The position numbers were made by a program, and so were the translations under genes. Below the pieces are notes generated by a model that saw only the letters and a program-made list of their open reading frames with translations, did no database searches and had not been told where the DNA came from. DNA of 64,000 nt, from contig CAXXHB010000003.1 in assembly GCA_963664815.2 (NCBI GenBank), positions 256,001-320,000 on the forward strand. The letters are read 5' to 3'. Below, in pieces: positions 28,630-39,179 of the stretch. Position 1 is the first letter of the stretch. The number at the start of each line of letters is the position of its first letter. The DNA is from Spirochaetota bacterium (GTDB lineage Bacteria; Spirochaetota; UBA4802; UBA5550).

Positions 28630-30339
28630 TTAAAACTTTTCGTACCCATCCTGTTCCGGGCTGTATTTTTTTTGAGATGATTTTTTTTCATCACTCTTTT
28701 CCTGCTTTTTTAAAGTTCCTTTTGTCTGAAGTCCATGTATGTGAATCTCTTTACGTTTTGTAATGATATTAGTATCAATTAAACTATCCCGTATTTTAAA
28801 CTTCTGAACCATGGAGAGAAGTTCCTGTGCCTGGTTTGACATCTCTTCGCTTGCAGCTGCTGTTTCTTCAACAAGTGAGGCATTCTGTTGTGTCATTGAA
28901 TCCATTTCATTAACGGCAGTTGTTATCTGTTCTATCCCTCTGCTCTGCTCGTCACTTGATGCGGCAATCTCGGAGATAATATCCTTGACCTGTTTCGCTG
29001 AAATAATTATGTCTTTCAGAGCTTCACCGCTCTTATTGACAAAATTCGTCCCTTCATCGATCTTACTGATTGAATCTTTTATCAGGGTGTCTATCTCTTT
29101 TGCTGCGCCGGCTGATCTCTGTGCTAAATTCCGGACTTCACCGGCAACTACTGCAAAACCGCGCCCCTGCTCTCCGGCTCTGGCTGCTTCTACCGCCGCA
29201 TTCAGCGCAAGAAGGTTTGTCTGAAATGAAATTTCGTTTATCATATTAATTATTTCAGATATTTTTTTACTGGAATTATTAATTTCACCAATTGAAAGAA
29301 CTGCTTTTTCCACAATATGTCCCCCTTCTACAGCCAGCCTGGAAGATGTTTCTGAAAGAGAATTGGCATCTCTGGCGTTACCTGCATTCTGCTTTGTCGA
29401 GGCATTTGCCTGTTCGACAGTTGCGGCAATCTCCTCAAGTGAGGATGCCTGCTCGGATGTTCTCTGTGAGAGGTTTTCATTTCCTGATGCAATCTCCTCA
29501 ACTACTCTAACAAGATTCTGCGAAGCCAGTATTATATCTGAAATCAGTTTTTCAAGATTATCAGCGGATAAATTGAGAGCTTTGCCAAGCTGGCCAAGTT
29601 CATCTTTCTGGTTGAGGTCTATTCTTTCAAGAAAATTTCCTTCTGCAATCAGTTCTGCAAAAGCGAGGCCCTTATTAACTGGTACAGAAACAGATTTTGA
29701 AAGAATAAATGTAATGAACGCACCCAGAATAATTGAGAAAATAAGCATGATTGAGATAAAGATTTTAGCTGTTTTTGATTTACTATCCTGTTCAGTTTTT
29801 ATCTTGTTCGCTTCTCTTCCCTGCAGTTCAATCAGGTCTGCGAGAATTTTACTTCCGTCAGAATGGCTGATCATCCAGCTGTTGAGGTATTTTATACTTT
29901 CAGTGGTATTTCCTTTTGAGATCTCTTCATCAAATTTAATACGTTTGGATACACCTTCTTTTACAACAGAGTTAAAATGAGCTATAATTTTATTTTCCTC
30001 ATCAGTCATTGTTGTTGCCATATAATTTTTAAGATGTTTTTTATACTCTTCTATTACGGGGATATTATCATTTAAATATTTTTTTTCTCCAGCTAGATCT
30101 TTTTTTTCTGCAGCAACCTGCTGTAATATCATATTTGCTTTTAATTGTAAAAAAGATTCCTGTATCCCGTCAAGTTCTACTACAGCAAGAAATCTGTCTT
30201 TGTAGAAAGTATCGAAATCTTTATCGGAGCTATCAATATTTAAATAACTTTTTGTTGATATCCCCAGAGTAATAAGAAGAAGTATTGTGCACGACAGCAT
30301 TACTTTAGCAGAAATTTTAAGATCGTTAAACCATTTCAT
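28630..30339 (-). CDS. Methyl-accepting chemotaxis protein (four-helix-bundle sensor, HAMP)
   Basis: TM-periplasmic-TM; KDELGQL HAMP; [40 protein letters not shown]; C-terminal GYEKF. Confidence 0.95.
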   Translation of the reverse strand: MKWFNDLKISAKVMLSCTILLLITLGISTKSYLNIDSSDKDFDTFYKDRFLAVVELDGIQESFLQLKANMILQQVAAEKKDLAGEKKYLNDNIPVIEEYKKHLKNYMATTMTDEENKIIAHFNSVVKEGVSKRIKFDEEISKGNTTESIKYLNSWMISHSDGSKILADLIELQGREANKIKTEQDSKSKTAKIFISIMLIFSIILGAFITFILSKSVSVPVNKGLAFAELIAEGNFLERIDLNQKDELGQLGKALNLSADNLEKLISDIILASQNLVRVVEEIASGNENLSQRTSEQASSLEEIAATVEQANASTKQNAGNARDANSLSETSSRLAVEGGHIVEKAVLSIGEINNSSKKISEIINMINEISFQTNLLALNAAVEAARAGEQGRGFAVVAGEVRNLAQRSAGAAKEIDTLIKDSISKIDEGTNFVNKSGEALKDIIISAKQVKDIISEIAASSDEQSRGIEQITTAVNEMDSMTQQNASLVEETAAASEEMSNQAQELLSMVQKFKIRDSLIDTNIITKRKEIHIHGLQTKGTLKKQEKSDEKKSSQKKYSPEQDGYEKF

Positions 30340-30423
30340 TCATTTACCTCATTTATTATAGGGGAAATTACTTTCATTGTAACGATGAAAACTGTATTTT
30401 TTATTTATACTCAGAATTGTGTT

Positions 30424-32148
30424 TTAAAACTTTTCGTACCCATCCTGTTCCGGAGTGTATTTTTTTTCAGTTGTTATTTTTACTTCAGATTTTATTTCAC
30501 TCTTTACCGGTTTTTTTACTATTGCTTTAGCCTGCTGAAGATTGCTTAAATGAATCTCTTTATGTTTCGTAGCTGCTGCAGTTGACATTAAACTGTCACG
30601 GATTTTAAACTGCTGAACCATGGAGAGAAGCTCCTGCGCCTGGTTTGACATCTCTTCGCTGGCTGCTGCAGTCTCTTCAACAAGCGCGGCATTCTGCTGA
30701 GTCATTGAATCCATTTCATTAACTGCAGTTGTTATCTGTTCTATACCTCTGCTCTGTTCGTCGCTAGATGCTGCAATCTCAGCGATAATCTCCTTGACCT
30801 GTTTTACAGAGAGTATTATCTCTTTCAGGGCGTTGCCACTTTTATTTACAAGATCGGTACCCTCACCTATCTTACTGATTGAGTCTTTAATAAGGGAGTC
30901 GATCTCTTTTGCCGCTCCGGCTGATCTCTGAGCGAGATTGCGGACTTCACCTGCGACAACGGCAAAACCGCGCCCCTGGTCACCAGCCCTTGCAGCTTCA
31001 ACAGCCGCATTGAGTGCCAGCAGGTTTGTCTGAAAAGATATTTCATTTATCATATTGATTATTTCGGATATTTTCTTGCTCGAATTATTTATTTCACCAA
31101 TAGAAAGAACTGCTTTTTCGACAATGTGCCCGCCATCTACGGCAAGTTTTGATGATGTCTCTGCAAGAGTGTTGGCCTCGTTGGCGTTGCCGGCATTCTG
31201 TCTTGTAGATGCATTTGCTTCCTCTACGGTGGCGGCAATTTCTTCAAGGGATGATGCCTGTTCCGATGTTCTCTGTGAGAGATTTTCGTTTCCAGAAGCT
31301 ATCTCTTCAACAGCTCTTACAAGATTCTGGGATGCTATTATGATATCCGAGATAAGTTTTTCGAGGTTATCGGCAGATTTGTTCAGTTCTCTGCCCAGCT
31401 GCCCCAGTTCATCTTTCTGGTCAAGGTCTATTCTTTCAAGAAAATTTCCCTTTGCAATAAGCTCGGCGAATTTAAGTCCCTTTTTAACAGGACCGGAAAC
31501 TGATTTTGACAGGAGAATTGTAATTATTATACCAATGCCAAGAGATGCTAAGAGTAATACAAGAATTAGAATATTGGTTCTCATAATATTGCCGGCCTGC
31601 ATCTCCTGGATTTTTTTACCTTCCAGCATCTGTATTTCCACAAGTTTGGTAATTACCGCACCGGCAATATTAAAATCCTCAATATATTGATTGAGGTACT
31701 TTGCACTGTCAGCAGTATTATTTTTGGCAAGCGCTTCAGTAAATTTAGCTCTTGTGTCTGCTGCTATTTTTGCCTTGGCGCTGAAATCCTCAGCCAGTTT
31801 TTTTTCACTTTCCGGCATGGAAAGTGAGAGGAAATTATCTATATTTTTTTTGTACTCCTGGGCGATAACCTTAATTTCTGCATTCATTTTTTCAATATTA
31901 TTAAAATCTTTTTTTTCAGCTGAAGCCTGTTGTGACATCATGCTCAGTTTAATTTTCAGGATACTTGCATTAGCGTTGTCCAGGTTTAAAGCCGCCAGAA
32001 ACCTGTTTCTGTAAAAATTGTCAAATGCATCACCAGCCATTTTCAGATTAAAGTAAGTATTGCCTGAGATGCCAAGGATGATGATTAAAAATACAGTGCA
32101 GCATAGAATTACTTTTGTGGCCACTTTAAGATCGTTAAACCATTTCAT
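30424..32148 (-). CDS. Methyl-accepting chemotaxis protein, tandem paralogue
   Basis: Same architecture, near-identical cytoplasmic domain, divergent sensor domain; C-terminal GYEKF. Confidence 0.95.
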   Translation of the reverse strand: MKWFNDLKVATKVILCCTVFLIIILGISGNTYFNLKMAGDAFDNFYRNRFLAALNLDNANASILKIKLSMMSQQASAEKKDFNNIEKMNAEIKVIAQEYKKNIDNFLSLSMPESEKKLAEDFSAKAKIAADTRAKFTEALAKNNTADSAKYLNQYIEDFNIAGAVITKLVEIQMLEGKKIQEMQAGNIMRTNILILVLLLASLGIGIIITILLSKSVSGPVKKGLKFAELIAKGNFLERIDLDQKDELGQLGRELNKSADNLEKLISDIIIASQNLVRAVEEIASGNENLSQRTSEQASSLEEIAATVEEANASTRQNAGNANEANTLAETSSKLAVDGGHIVEKAVLSIGEINNSSKKISEIINMINEISFQTNLLALNAAVEAARAGDQGRGFAVVAGEVRNLAQRSAGAAKEIDSLIKDSISKIGEGTDLVNKSGNALKEIILSVKQVKEIIAEIAASSDEQSRGIEQITTAVNEMDSMTQQNAALVEETAAASEEMSNQAQELLSMVQQFKIRDSLMSTAAATKHKEIHLSNLQQAKAIVKKPVKSEIKSEVKITTEKKYTPEQDGYEKF

Positions 32149-32457
32149 TTATATACCTCTTCATTCAATTAAGAATTATTTTGACATTATTCAATCATTA
32201 TCACTGACAGGTTTTCAGATAAATTTTTTATCCCCTGAATTTTCTAATGTATATAGACAATATATAATTATATTAATTAATTATGACGGAATTATTATTT
32301 TTTTTTAATATATAATAAAAAATTTTCAAATAAATGATGATAGGTATTAACGTGTACTCTGTGATGATTAAGATAGAGTTGACTGGAATAATAAAGAGGA
32401 TTTCAGATTATCATAATTTTTGTTGGGAATTAAAACCTGGAATGGAGTATTCCTGTT

Positions 32458-32646
32458 ATGGGAAAAGATGAGTCGAAATATGTACAGCTTTTATTTGATT
32501 TTGAAACTGATGACAGGAAAGTTAAGTTCATTTCTGTCAAAGGAGAGTGCAGATGTGGATACAGCAGCGAGTTCAGGAAAGCTGATGTTGTCCTTGAAAT
32601 GACTGTACCTTGTCCAAAGTGCGGGTCTGTTATAAGGATTAAATAA
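32458..32646 (+). CDS. Small Zn-ribbon protein (62 aa)
   Basis: CRCG...CPKCG; GGAG upstream. Confidence 0.7.
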   Translation: MGKDESKYVQLLFDFETDDRKVKFISVKGECRCGYSSEFRKADVVLEMTVPCPKCGSVIRIK

Positions 32647-32672
32647 TCGTGTCAGACAAAACAGGGGACTTT

Positions 32673-32822
32673 TTAAAGATTATTTTCTGTCTCTTCCCTG
32701 TTTATCATATTCCCGCATTTTCTGCATTTATACTTCTCCTGTGGAGATCCGAAGTCTATAAACACATTAAGGGTGTATCCGCAATTGCATTTGTATGAAA
32801 AATGTCTGTTTCTATATTCCAT
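32673..32822 (-). CDS. Small Zn-ribbon protein (49 aa)
   Basis: CNCG...CRKCG; AAGGAG SD 6 nt before ATG 32822. Confidence 0.75.
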   Translation of the reverse strand: MEYRNRHFSYKCNCGYTLNVFIDFGSPQEKYKCRKCGNMINREETENNL

Positions 32823-32973
32823 GGATTGCTCCTTCAGAAAAAGGTAAACTTTCTGTAATAATATCGGCAGGAGACTCTTCCCTTTGTAATACAATTTCGG
32901 AATTTCATTAAGCTGGAAGCATAATGAAAGTGTATTTTATACTTTTAAAATATACCGGGTGAAATCATATTAC

Positions 32974-33600
32974 TCATATGCCTATACCAAAGAGTATAAG
33001 TTTAACTGCGATATATATCATTATAAAACCTATGACTGTGTCCAGTATTCTCCATGATATCTGTTTTCTGAACAGCGGTGCAATAATTTTCCCGCTGTAG
33101 GCGAGTGAGAAAAACCATATGAAAGATGCGGATACAGCTCCAAGGCCGAAGAATGGACGTATCTCCGGCGGCCTGGCCGCTCCAAATCCTCCAAGCATAA
33201 CTACAGTATCAAGGTATACATGCGGGTTAAGGTAGGTGAGAGCAAGTGTTGTAATTATGGCGTTTTTCAAAGTTAAACCGGAGAAGGATTTACCGTTTAT
33301 ATCCATAGATTCCCCATTAATTGCAGATCGGAAACATCTTATTGAAAACCACGAAAGATACAATGCTCCTGCGATGGATACTGTTCTTGTGATAATCGGG
33401 TGGCTGTTGAAAAGAAACCCCATTCCGGTAATACCGAGAAAAATCAGAAGGGCATCACTCAATGCACATATCCATGCTATAGTTGATCTATGGTTGCCGG
33501 CAATTCCCTGCTTCAGAACAAAAGCGTTCTGTGCACCTATTGCTATAATGAGGCCTGCCCCCATTATAAATCCTTCAATGATGCTGCTTAGTATTGTCAT
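32974..33600 (-). CDS. LysE/ArgO family amino-acid exporter
   Basis: LIIAIGAQNAFVLKQG, SDALLI, TYLNPHVYLDT. Confidence 0.92.
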   Translation of the reverse strand: MTILSSIIEGFIMGAGLIIAIGAQNAFVLKQGIAGNHRSTIAWICALSDALLIFLGITGMGFLFNSHPIITRTVSIAGALYLSWFSIRCFRSAINGESMDINGKSFSGLTLKNAIITTLALTYLNPHVYLDTVVMLGGFGAARPPEIRPFFGLGAVSASFIWFFSLAYSGKIIAPLFRKQISWRILDTVIGFIMIYIAVKLILFGIGI

Positions 33601-33818
33601 TATGGTTTCCGTTTTTGAATGATAAAGAATTATTGCTGTTAAAGATAAATAATTGTTTTTCAATATCAGGAATTCTGTCAACTTTAATGCAGATAAATAA
33701 TTCTTTATATCCAGGAATGATAACCGGAGTACAAATTATAAAAATATTTTTTAAAATATTACATATATATTGAATTATTGAATTTTTTTTATTAATAATA
33801 AGTCAGAGGTTACTGAAT

Positions 33819-34535
33819 ATGAAAAAAATAACAACCCTGTTTTTTGCTTCAATTATGTCACTTGTCATATTTTCCTACTTGTTTTCACAGCAATATGATG
33901 ATCTTCAGGAGAAACCGGTGAATAATGACCGGCTGAAACTCTTCCCTGTAGAGGGTAAAAATTATTTTTTTCTTCAATCTATTGATAATGAAACAAGAAT
34001 TGTTATAGGTGACTTCACACAAATCGATAAAAAAATAATCCTGATAAATCTGAAAGATGATTATATAACAATTAAATCTGTGATTGAATATATTCCTGCA
34101 AAAAATGAAATGAGAGTGTTGAGCAAATCTGATTCCAGGTTTTTTACAACTGATATGACAAAATTAAAAAAAGACATTATCACAGGAGAGATTTTTAAAG
34201 GTAATTATGCCGAGGGAATGAAATCCTATGGTGAGCTGGAAAGAGTTTTCAAACAGAATGAATTAAGCAAGATTTTTCCTGAGGTTTACGGGTTCAGTGT
34301 AAAACTTGATGATATTGACGGTAAAAAAATTTCGGCAATGTACACTTTCGGTAATACTGCAAAGGGATACTATATGCAGTTTAAAACATATAATTACAGG
34401 GAAAATCCAAGGACAGAAAAAATACCTGTGTTAAAATACTCGGTTTACTGTAAAAATACTCACGATCCCGTTATACAGGAGTATGTGGAAAATCTTTTTA
34501 AAATAAAAAAACCAGCGTCGAGTTTTGCTAAATAA
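33819..34535 (+). CDS. Exported hypothetical protein
   Basis: 238-aa ORF with signal peptide; no recognised motif. Confidence 0.75.
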   Translation: MKKITTLFFASIMSLVIFSYLFSQQYDDLQEKPVNNDRLKLFPVEGKNYFFLQSIDNETRIVIGDFTQIDKKIILINLKDDYITIKSVIEYIPAKNEMRVLSKSDSRFFTTDMTKLKKDIITGEIFKGNYAEGMKSYGELERVFKQNELSKIFPEVYGFSVKLDDIDGKKISAMYTFGNTAKGYYMQFKTYNYRENPRTEKIPVLKYSVYCKNTHDPVIQEYVENLFKIKKPASSFAK

Positions 34536-34704
34536 ACACATCGTATTAACATGTAATAATGATTATCTATAGAGTGGAAATGTATTTTTTGCATATCAGA
34601 TGATGGAGATGTATAAAAATCAATATTGTCACAATGCTGAATAGTCATTATAGAAGATGTCTTACTAAATGCGGTTCTTCTATAATGACCGGAAACGGCA
34701 CTAT

Positions 34705-36621
34705 TCATCTGGCATAAAGTTTGTCTATTGTATCTTTATAATTTTCAGTAATTACGCGTTTTTTTGTTTTTTGTGTAGGAGTGAGTTCTCCTGTTTCTTC
34801 GGTGAATCTTCTCCTGATAATTGCATAATTTTTTATTGCTTCAAACTCCTCAAGTTTCTTATTCGCGTTTTCAACCTCTTTTGCAATGAGTTCCCTGAGT
34901 TTTGGAATTGCTATAAAATCATCACCTACTTCTACACAGAGAGGAGTGCCTGCAGAGCTGGAGAAGACCAGCTTGCTTTTGTCGTATTTAATATTTTCTT
35001 CTTCAAAAAGGGCTATGAGACTCATAAAGTTAGGGACTATTAATGTAGTGATAAAATTTCTTTCATCACCGATTGTAAAAACCTGTTCTACATATGGGCT
35101 GGTTCCGAACATTCCCTCAACTTTTGCCGGGGCGATATTTTTGCCTGTAGCGAGACAGATAATGGCTTTCTTTCGGTCTACTATTTTAAAGTACCCGTTT
35201 TCATCAGCAATTACAACATCACCTGTTTTGAACCATCCGTCGGCAGTAAATGAAGCCTTGTCCTCCTCCGGTTTGTTCAGGTAACCGGCGAAAAGACCAG
35301 CCGCTCCGATTTCAAGTTCGCCGTCTTCAGCAATTCTTCCGATAGAACCGTTCGCAGGAGGGCCGACAAATCCTGGTTTGCATGCAGTTATAGGATTAAG
35401 GCAGCAGGCATTACACGACTCAGTTGAACCATAACCTTCTATTACAGGGAATCCGAGTATATAATAAAATTTCAAAAGTTCCGGGGATATCCCTGCACTT
35501 GCCGAAAATGCAAACCTGAAACGCGTTCCGAACAGAGCCCGCACTTTGGAGTATATTAATCGGTCAGCAATTTTATACCTTATTCTGAGACCTAACGGCA
35601 GTCTCGAAATGAGATCGCATGAAGGGGACATATCGATTCTTCCGAATTTATCGGTTTTATATACTATGGCTTTCTCCCCGACACCAATTGCCCAGTTGAA
35701 GAGTACGCTTTTAACAGCACTTTCAGACATCGTCTTTTTCAGCTGGATATATATTTTTTCATAGAGTCGAGGTACACAGTTAAACCATGTTGGATTATAC
35801 TTTTGCATATCAGCAAGAATAGTTGAAGGATTGTCTGCGTAGGTTATGGTTGCACCCTGCCAGATAGCCATACCCTGGCAGGAACCTCTGTCGAATATAT
35901 GCGCAATTGGAAGAAATGACATTGTCACATCATTTTCAGTGACATCCATTCCATATTTGCCGAAATAATCAATAACGCCCTTCATTCTTGATGCGAGTGA
36001 CCAGTGTGTAAGTATAACTCCCTTTCCAAGACCCGTTGTCCCGGAGGTGTACAGAATTGTGTACCAGTCTTTTATATCAACGCTTTTCAGCCGTGCCTCA
36101 TATTCATTGAATGAACATGCGGAGAACTTTTTGCCGAGGTCCATAAGATCCGTCATGCTGATGATTCTGGGATCACTGGAGATATACGATTTGTCCATAA
36201 TGATAATTTTTTGAAGCGACGGCATTTTATCGAGCCCTGGAAGAACTCTCTCCAGCAAAACGCTGTTTCCCAGAAAAAGATATCTGCACTGTGAATCATT
36301 TATAATATAATCTATTTCATAAAGTGAAAGGGTGGGGTAGATCGCAACGCTGACTCCTCCACAGTTTGAAATTGCCATATCCACATGTGTCCAGTAGGGG
36401 CTGCTTGCGGACAAAATGCCCGCGCGTTCCTGTTTATCAAAACCAAGAGAGAGAAGACCGCATGCTAAATCCTCAACTCTCTGCTTCATTTCTTTCCATG
36501 TTAAAGTCCCTGTTTCGTCAGTGTAAAGGGCTGGATTAAATCTCTGAGCTATTCGGTCAGTAAGTCTGTTAGCGCTTGTATAGAATGCTTCACATACAGT
36601 GAGTAGTTTTTTTTCTTCCAT
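34705..36621 (-). CDS. Long-chain fatty-acid-CoA ligase (AMP-binding)
   Basis: YTSGTTGLGKG, FLPIAH, EGYGSTE, GWFKTGD, DRKK, LTPTQKTK; GAGG before ATG 36621. Confidence 0.93.
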   Translation of the reverse strand: MEEKKLLTVCEAFYTSANRLTDRIAQRFNPALYTDETGTLTWKEMKQRVEDLACGLLSLGFDKQERAGILSASSPYWTHVDMAISNCGGVSVAIYPTLSLYEIDYIINDSQCRYLFLGNSVLLERVLPGLDKMPSLQKIIIMDKSYISSDPRIISMTDLMDLGKKFSACSFNEYEARLKSVDIKDWYTILYTSGTTGLGKGVILTHWSLASRMKGVIDYFGKYGMDVTENDVTMSFLPIAHIFDRGSCQGMAIWQGATITYADNPSTILADMQKYNPTWFNCVPRLYEKIYIQLKKTMSESAVKSVLFNWAIGVGEKAIVYKTDKFGRIDMSPSCDLISRLPLGLRIRYKIADRLIYSKVRALFGTRFRFAFSASAGISPELLKFYYILGFPVIEGYGSTESCNACCLNPITACKPGFVGPPANGSIGRIAEDGELEIGAAGLFAGYLNKPEEDKASFTADGWFKTGDVVIADENGYFKIVDRKKAIICLATGKNIAPAKVEGMFGTSPYVEQVFTIGDERNFITTLIVPNFMSLIALFEEENIKYDKSKLVFSSSAGTPLCVEVGDDFIAIPKLRELIAKEVENANKKLEEFEAIKNYAIIRRRFTEETGELTPTQKTKKRVITENYKDTIDKLYAR

Positions 36622-36685
36622 AAATTGCCTCATATTATTCTTTTTTGTACTTTTGTTATATTTATGGTAATAATGTCAACAAAAA

Positions 36686-36700
36686 ATGAACGACGTTCAT
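36686..36700. promoter_or_regulatory. Palindromic operator (TetR-like) upstream of the acyl-CoA ligase
   Basis: ATGAACG-a-CGTTCAT perfect 7-1-7, next to a minus-strand TTGACA (36679-36674). Confidence 0.55.
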
Positions 36701-36869
36701 AAAAATGATCTGAAATTTAAACATAGTATAGCTGTTTCTTATTGTTGATTTTATTTTAATTCTTAAGTTGAGGTTCTAAGGAGTAACTGACTTTCGAATA
36801 ATTTTAAAAGTAATAGTTTCAAATAATTTTTTTTCTGTTAAATTGATTTGTATATATAGAAGAGGATTT

Positions 36870-38105
36870 ATGAAGTCACTCAGGGAAATTTTCAGAATAG
36901 GTTTAGGGCCTTCAAGCAGTCACACTATGGGGCCTTCTTTTGCCGCCTATATGTTCAAAGAAAGAACCGGAAACGCTGTAAAATATAGGGTTTCTCTTTA
37001 TGGCAGTCTTGCACTTACCGGAAAGGGGCATTTCACAGATCGTGCGATTATAACTGCTTTATCTCCATGCGTATGTGAAATCAGATGGATCAAAGATAAG
37101 GAGCTGCCGCTTCATCCTAATGGTATGTTTTTTGAAGCTTTCGATGATACAGGTAAACTTGTTAATGAATGGACTGTTTACAGTACCGGAGGCGGAGCCT
37201 TAATGGACAAGACGAATGAATCTGAACCGGGGGATGTATATCCCTTCAGCAGTATGTCTGAACTGCTTAGTTTATGTGACAAAGAGGGGAAGACAATATG
37301 GAATTTTGTCGATCAGTATGAGGATCCGGGAATATGGAATTACTTAATAGATATACTCGATGTTATGAAGAAAGCGATTGATAGGGGGCTTGATGCAGAA
37401 GGGGTTTTACCTGGTGGTTTGAATCTTGCAAGAAAGGCTTCTTCATATTATACCAGGACTGTTCAGAGTAAAGGATACCTTGAAAAAACCGGTACAATAT
37501 TTTCATACGCACTGGCAGTTTCAGAAGAGAATGCTGCGGGGAATACTATTGTTACTGCTCCTACATGCGGTTCGGCCGGTGTTCTCCCGGCTGTAATTTT
37601 TTTTATGAAAGATTTTTATAAACTCAGCGATGAAAAAATTCTCCGTGCCCTGGCAACGGCCGGGGTAATAGGAAATTTTATAAAAAGGAATGCTTCAATC
37701 TCCGGTGCTGAAGTGGGATGTCAGGGTGAGGTGGGCTCAGCCTGCGCTATGGCTGCAGGGGCTGCGGCGCAACTGATGGGTGGAACTCCACACCATATTG
37801 AATATGCAGCCGAAATGGGGCTAGAACATCATCTTGGCCTCACCTGTGATCCGATAATGGGGCTCGTCCAGATACCGTGTATTGAAAGGAATGCTATTGC
37901 CGCTGTCAGGGCAATGGATTGTGCTACCTATGTGCTTCTTTCAGACGGGCGGCATATGGTTTCGTTTGATGAGGTGGTCGTTACAATGATGCAGACTGGA
38001 AAGGATATGAAGAGCCGCTACAGGGAAACATCAAAAGGTGGATTGGCATTTTTTCACAGAAAAAAAGAATCACGAAAAATAAATAACAAAAAAAATAAAT
38101 TTTAA
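36870..38105 (+). CDS. sdaA: L-serine ammonia-lyase (Fe-S, single chain)
   Basis: GPSSSHTMGP, YGSLALTGKGH, VTAPTCGSAG, EVGCQGEVG, EHHLGLTCDP, QIPCIERN. Confidence 0.95.
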   Translation: MKSLREIFRIGLGPSSSHTMGPSFAAYMFKERTGNAVKYRVSLYGSLALTGKGHFTDRAIITALSPCVCEIRWIKDKELPLHPNGMFFEAFDDTGKLVNEWTVYSTGGGALMDKTNESEPGDVYPFSSMSELLSLCDKEGKTIWNFVDQYEDPGIWNYLIDILDVMKKAIDRGLDAEGVLPGGLNLARKASSYYTRTVQSKGYLEKTGTIFSYALAVSEENAAGNTIVTAPTCGSAGVLPAVIFFMKDFYKLSDEKILRALATAGVIGNFIKRNASISGAEVGCQGEVGSACAMAAGAAAQLMGGTPHHIEYAAEMGLEHHLGLTCDPIMGLVQIPCIERNAIAAVRAMDCATYVLLSDGRHMVSFDEVVVTMMQTGKDMKSRYRETSKGGLAFFHRKKESRKINNKKNKF

Positions 38106-38149
38106 TCTGGTATTATGGAGTAACGAGTCGGATTTCAGCTTTATTACCG

Positions 38150-38181
38150 AAGCAGATTCATTGATAGTGATGAATCTGCTT
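38150..38181. terminator. Hairpin between convergent genes
   Basis: AAGCAGATTCAT-8 nt-ATGAATCTGCTT perfect 12-bp stem. Confidence 0.65.
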
Positions 38182-38221
38182 AAATATAATTCTTCCGGCA
38201 GTCAGCCTGTGCATAAGTGGT

Positions 38222-38581
38222 TTAATGACTGCATTCGTGTCCGTGAGCGCTGCACCCTATTCCTGAATCGGTGATGTTTCCCGAAATCCATTTATCAGCT
38301 ACTGTTCTGACGTTGCCTGCACATCCTCTCACAACCTGGATTCCGCTGTTTCCAAGTACATTAACTGCTCCATCCCCCATATTTCCGGCGAGCATCACCT
38401 TTACACCCATCTGTGCAAGTGTTCCTGCTATATTTGATTTACAGCCGCACCCTGCCGGTGACTTGACTGTTTCTTCATTAATAATTTCCTTTTTTTCATT
38501 TAATGTGAATACAGTAAAATGATCACAGTGCCCAAAGTGGCTGTCTATCATACTGTTCTTTGTAGGTAATGCAATTTTCAT
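38222..38581 (-). CDS. NifB/NifX-family (dinitrogenase FeMo-cofactor domain) protein
   Basis: MKIALP, IDSHFGHC, GCGCKS, GNMGDGA. Confidence 0.9.
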   Translation of the reverse strand: MKIALPTKNSMIDSHFGHCDHFTVFTLNEKKEIINEETVKSPAGCGCKSNIAGTLAQMGVKVMLAGNMGDGAVNVLGNSGIQVVRGCAGNVRTVADKWISGNITDSGIGCSAHGHECSH

Positions 38582-38603
38582 ATTCTCCTTCTCCTCAATC
38601 CTC

Positions 38604-38999
38604 TTAATTATTGATTTTTCTGCATCTGGGACATGCAGGTTTTTGATCGTTACTTATACAGCATGCAGAGGAAAGGCCGCAACTGCTGCATTTTATGCTG
38701 TTATTCTCCTCTATGGATACATTCCCGCCTTCGATCCTCAAAGTTTTACCATGAACAAGTGCGTCGGCTATTTTTTTACGTGCTGAGTCTATTATTCTTC
38801 CAAAAGTCTGCCGGGATATGTCCATCATTTCAGCGCTTTTTTCCTGGTAAAAACCTTCATAATCGGCAAGTCTTAATGCTTCAAACTCGTCAAGTGTGAT
38901 GATTATCTCTTCACCGGTTGATGAATTAATTCCAACAGGTTTGAAGCAATTTGCACCTGGTTTGCACCCTATTCTTCTGCAATATTTAGGTCTTGTCAT
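38604..38999 (-). CDS. DUF134 (UPF0251) HTH protein with C-terminal Cys cluster
   Basis: MTRPK..R, DEFEALRLADYEG..Q...A..M.ISRQTFGRIIDSARKKIADALV.GK; CSSC...CPRC. Confidence 0.92.
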   Translation of the reverse strand: MTRPKYCRRIGCKPGANCFKPVGINSSTGEEIIITLDEFEALRLADYEGFYQEKSAEMMDISRQTFGRIIDSARKKIADALVHGKTLRIEGGNVSIEENNSIKCSSCGLSSACCISNDQKPACPRCRKINN

Positions 39000-39020
39000 A
39001 TATCTTGTATTCTGTAACCA

Positions 39021-39038
39021 TATGGGCATATGCCCATA
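39021..39038. promoter_or_regulatory. Perfect 18-bp palindromic operator in the DUF134 promoter
   Basis: TATGGGCATATGCCCATA, 3 nt from a minus-strand TTGACA (39047-39042). Confidence 0.75.
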
Positions 39039-39179
39039 ATATGTCAATAGAAAATAATTTACGAAGTGAGGAAAATAGAATTAGAGCCAGGTGAAAGTAA
39101 ATGAGAATAAATTTTTCTGAATGGTCTTCGTAAGGAATTTTTAGGGAAATCATTCGTCTGAAGATGAAAATGAATAAAA

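Noticed and set aside
28811-32014. Long plus-strand ORFs antisense to the MCP genes (137, 205, 211 and 107 aa)
   Set aside because: Typical antisense shadows of Ala/Ser/Glu-rich coiled-coil genes; the same applies to the other nested antisense ORFs in the track.
36686-36700. LexA (SOS) box
   Set aside because: GAAC-N3-GTTC rather than N4, and the flanking genes are not DNA-repair genes.
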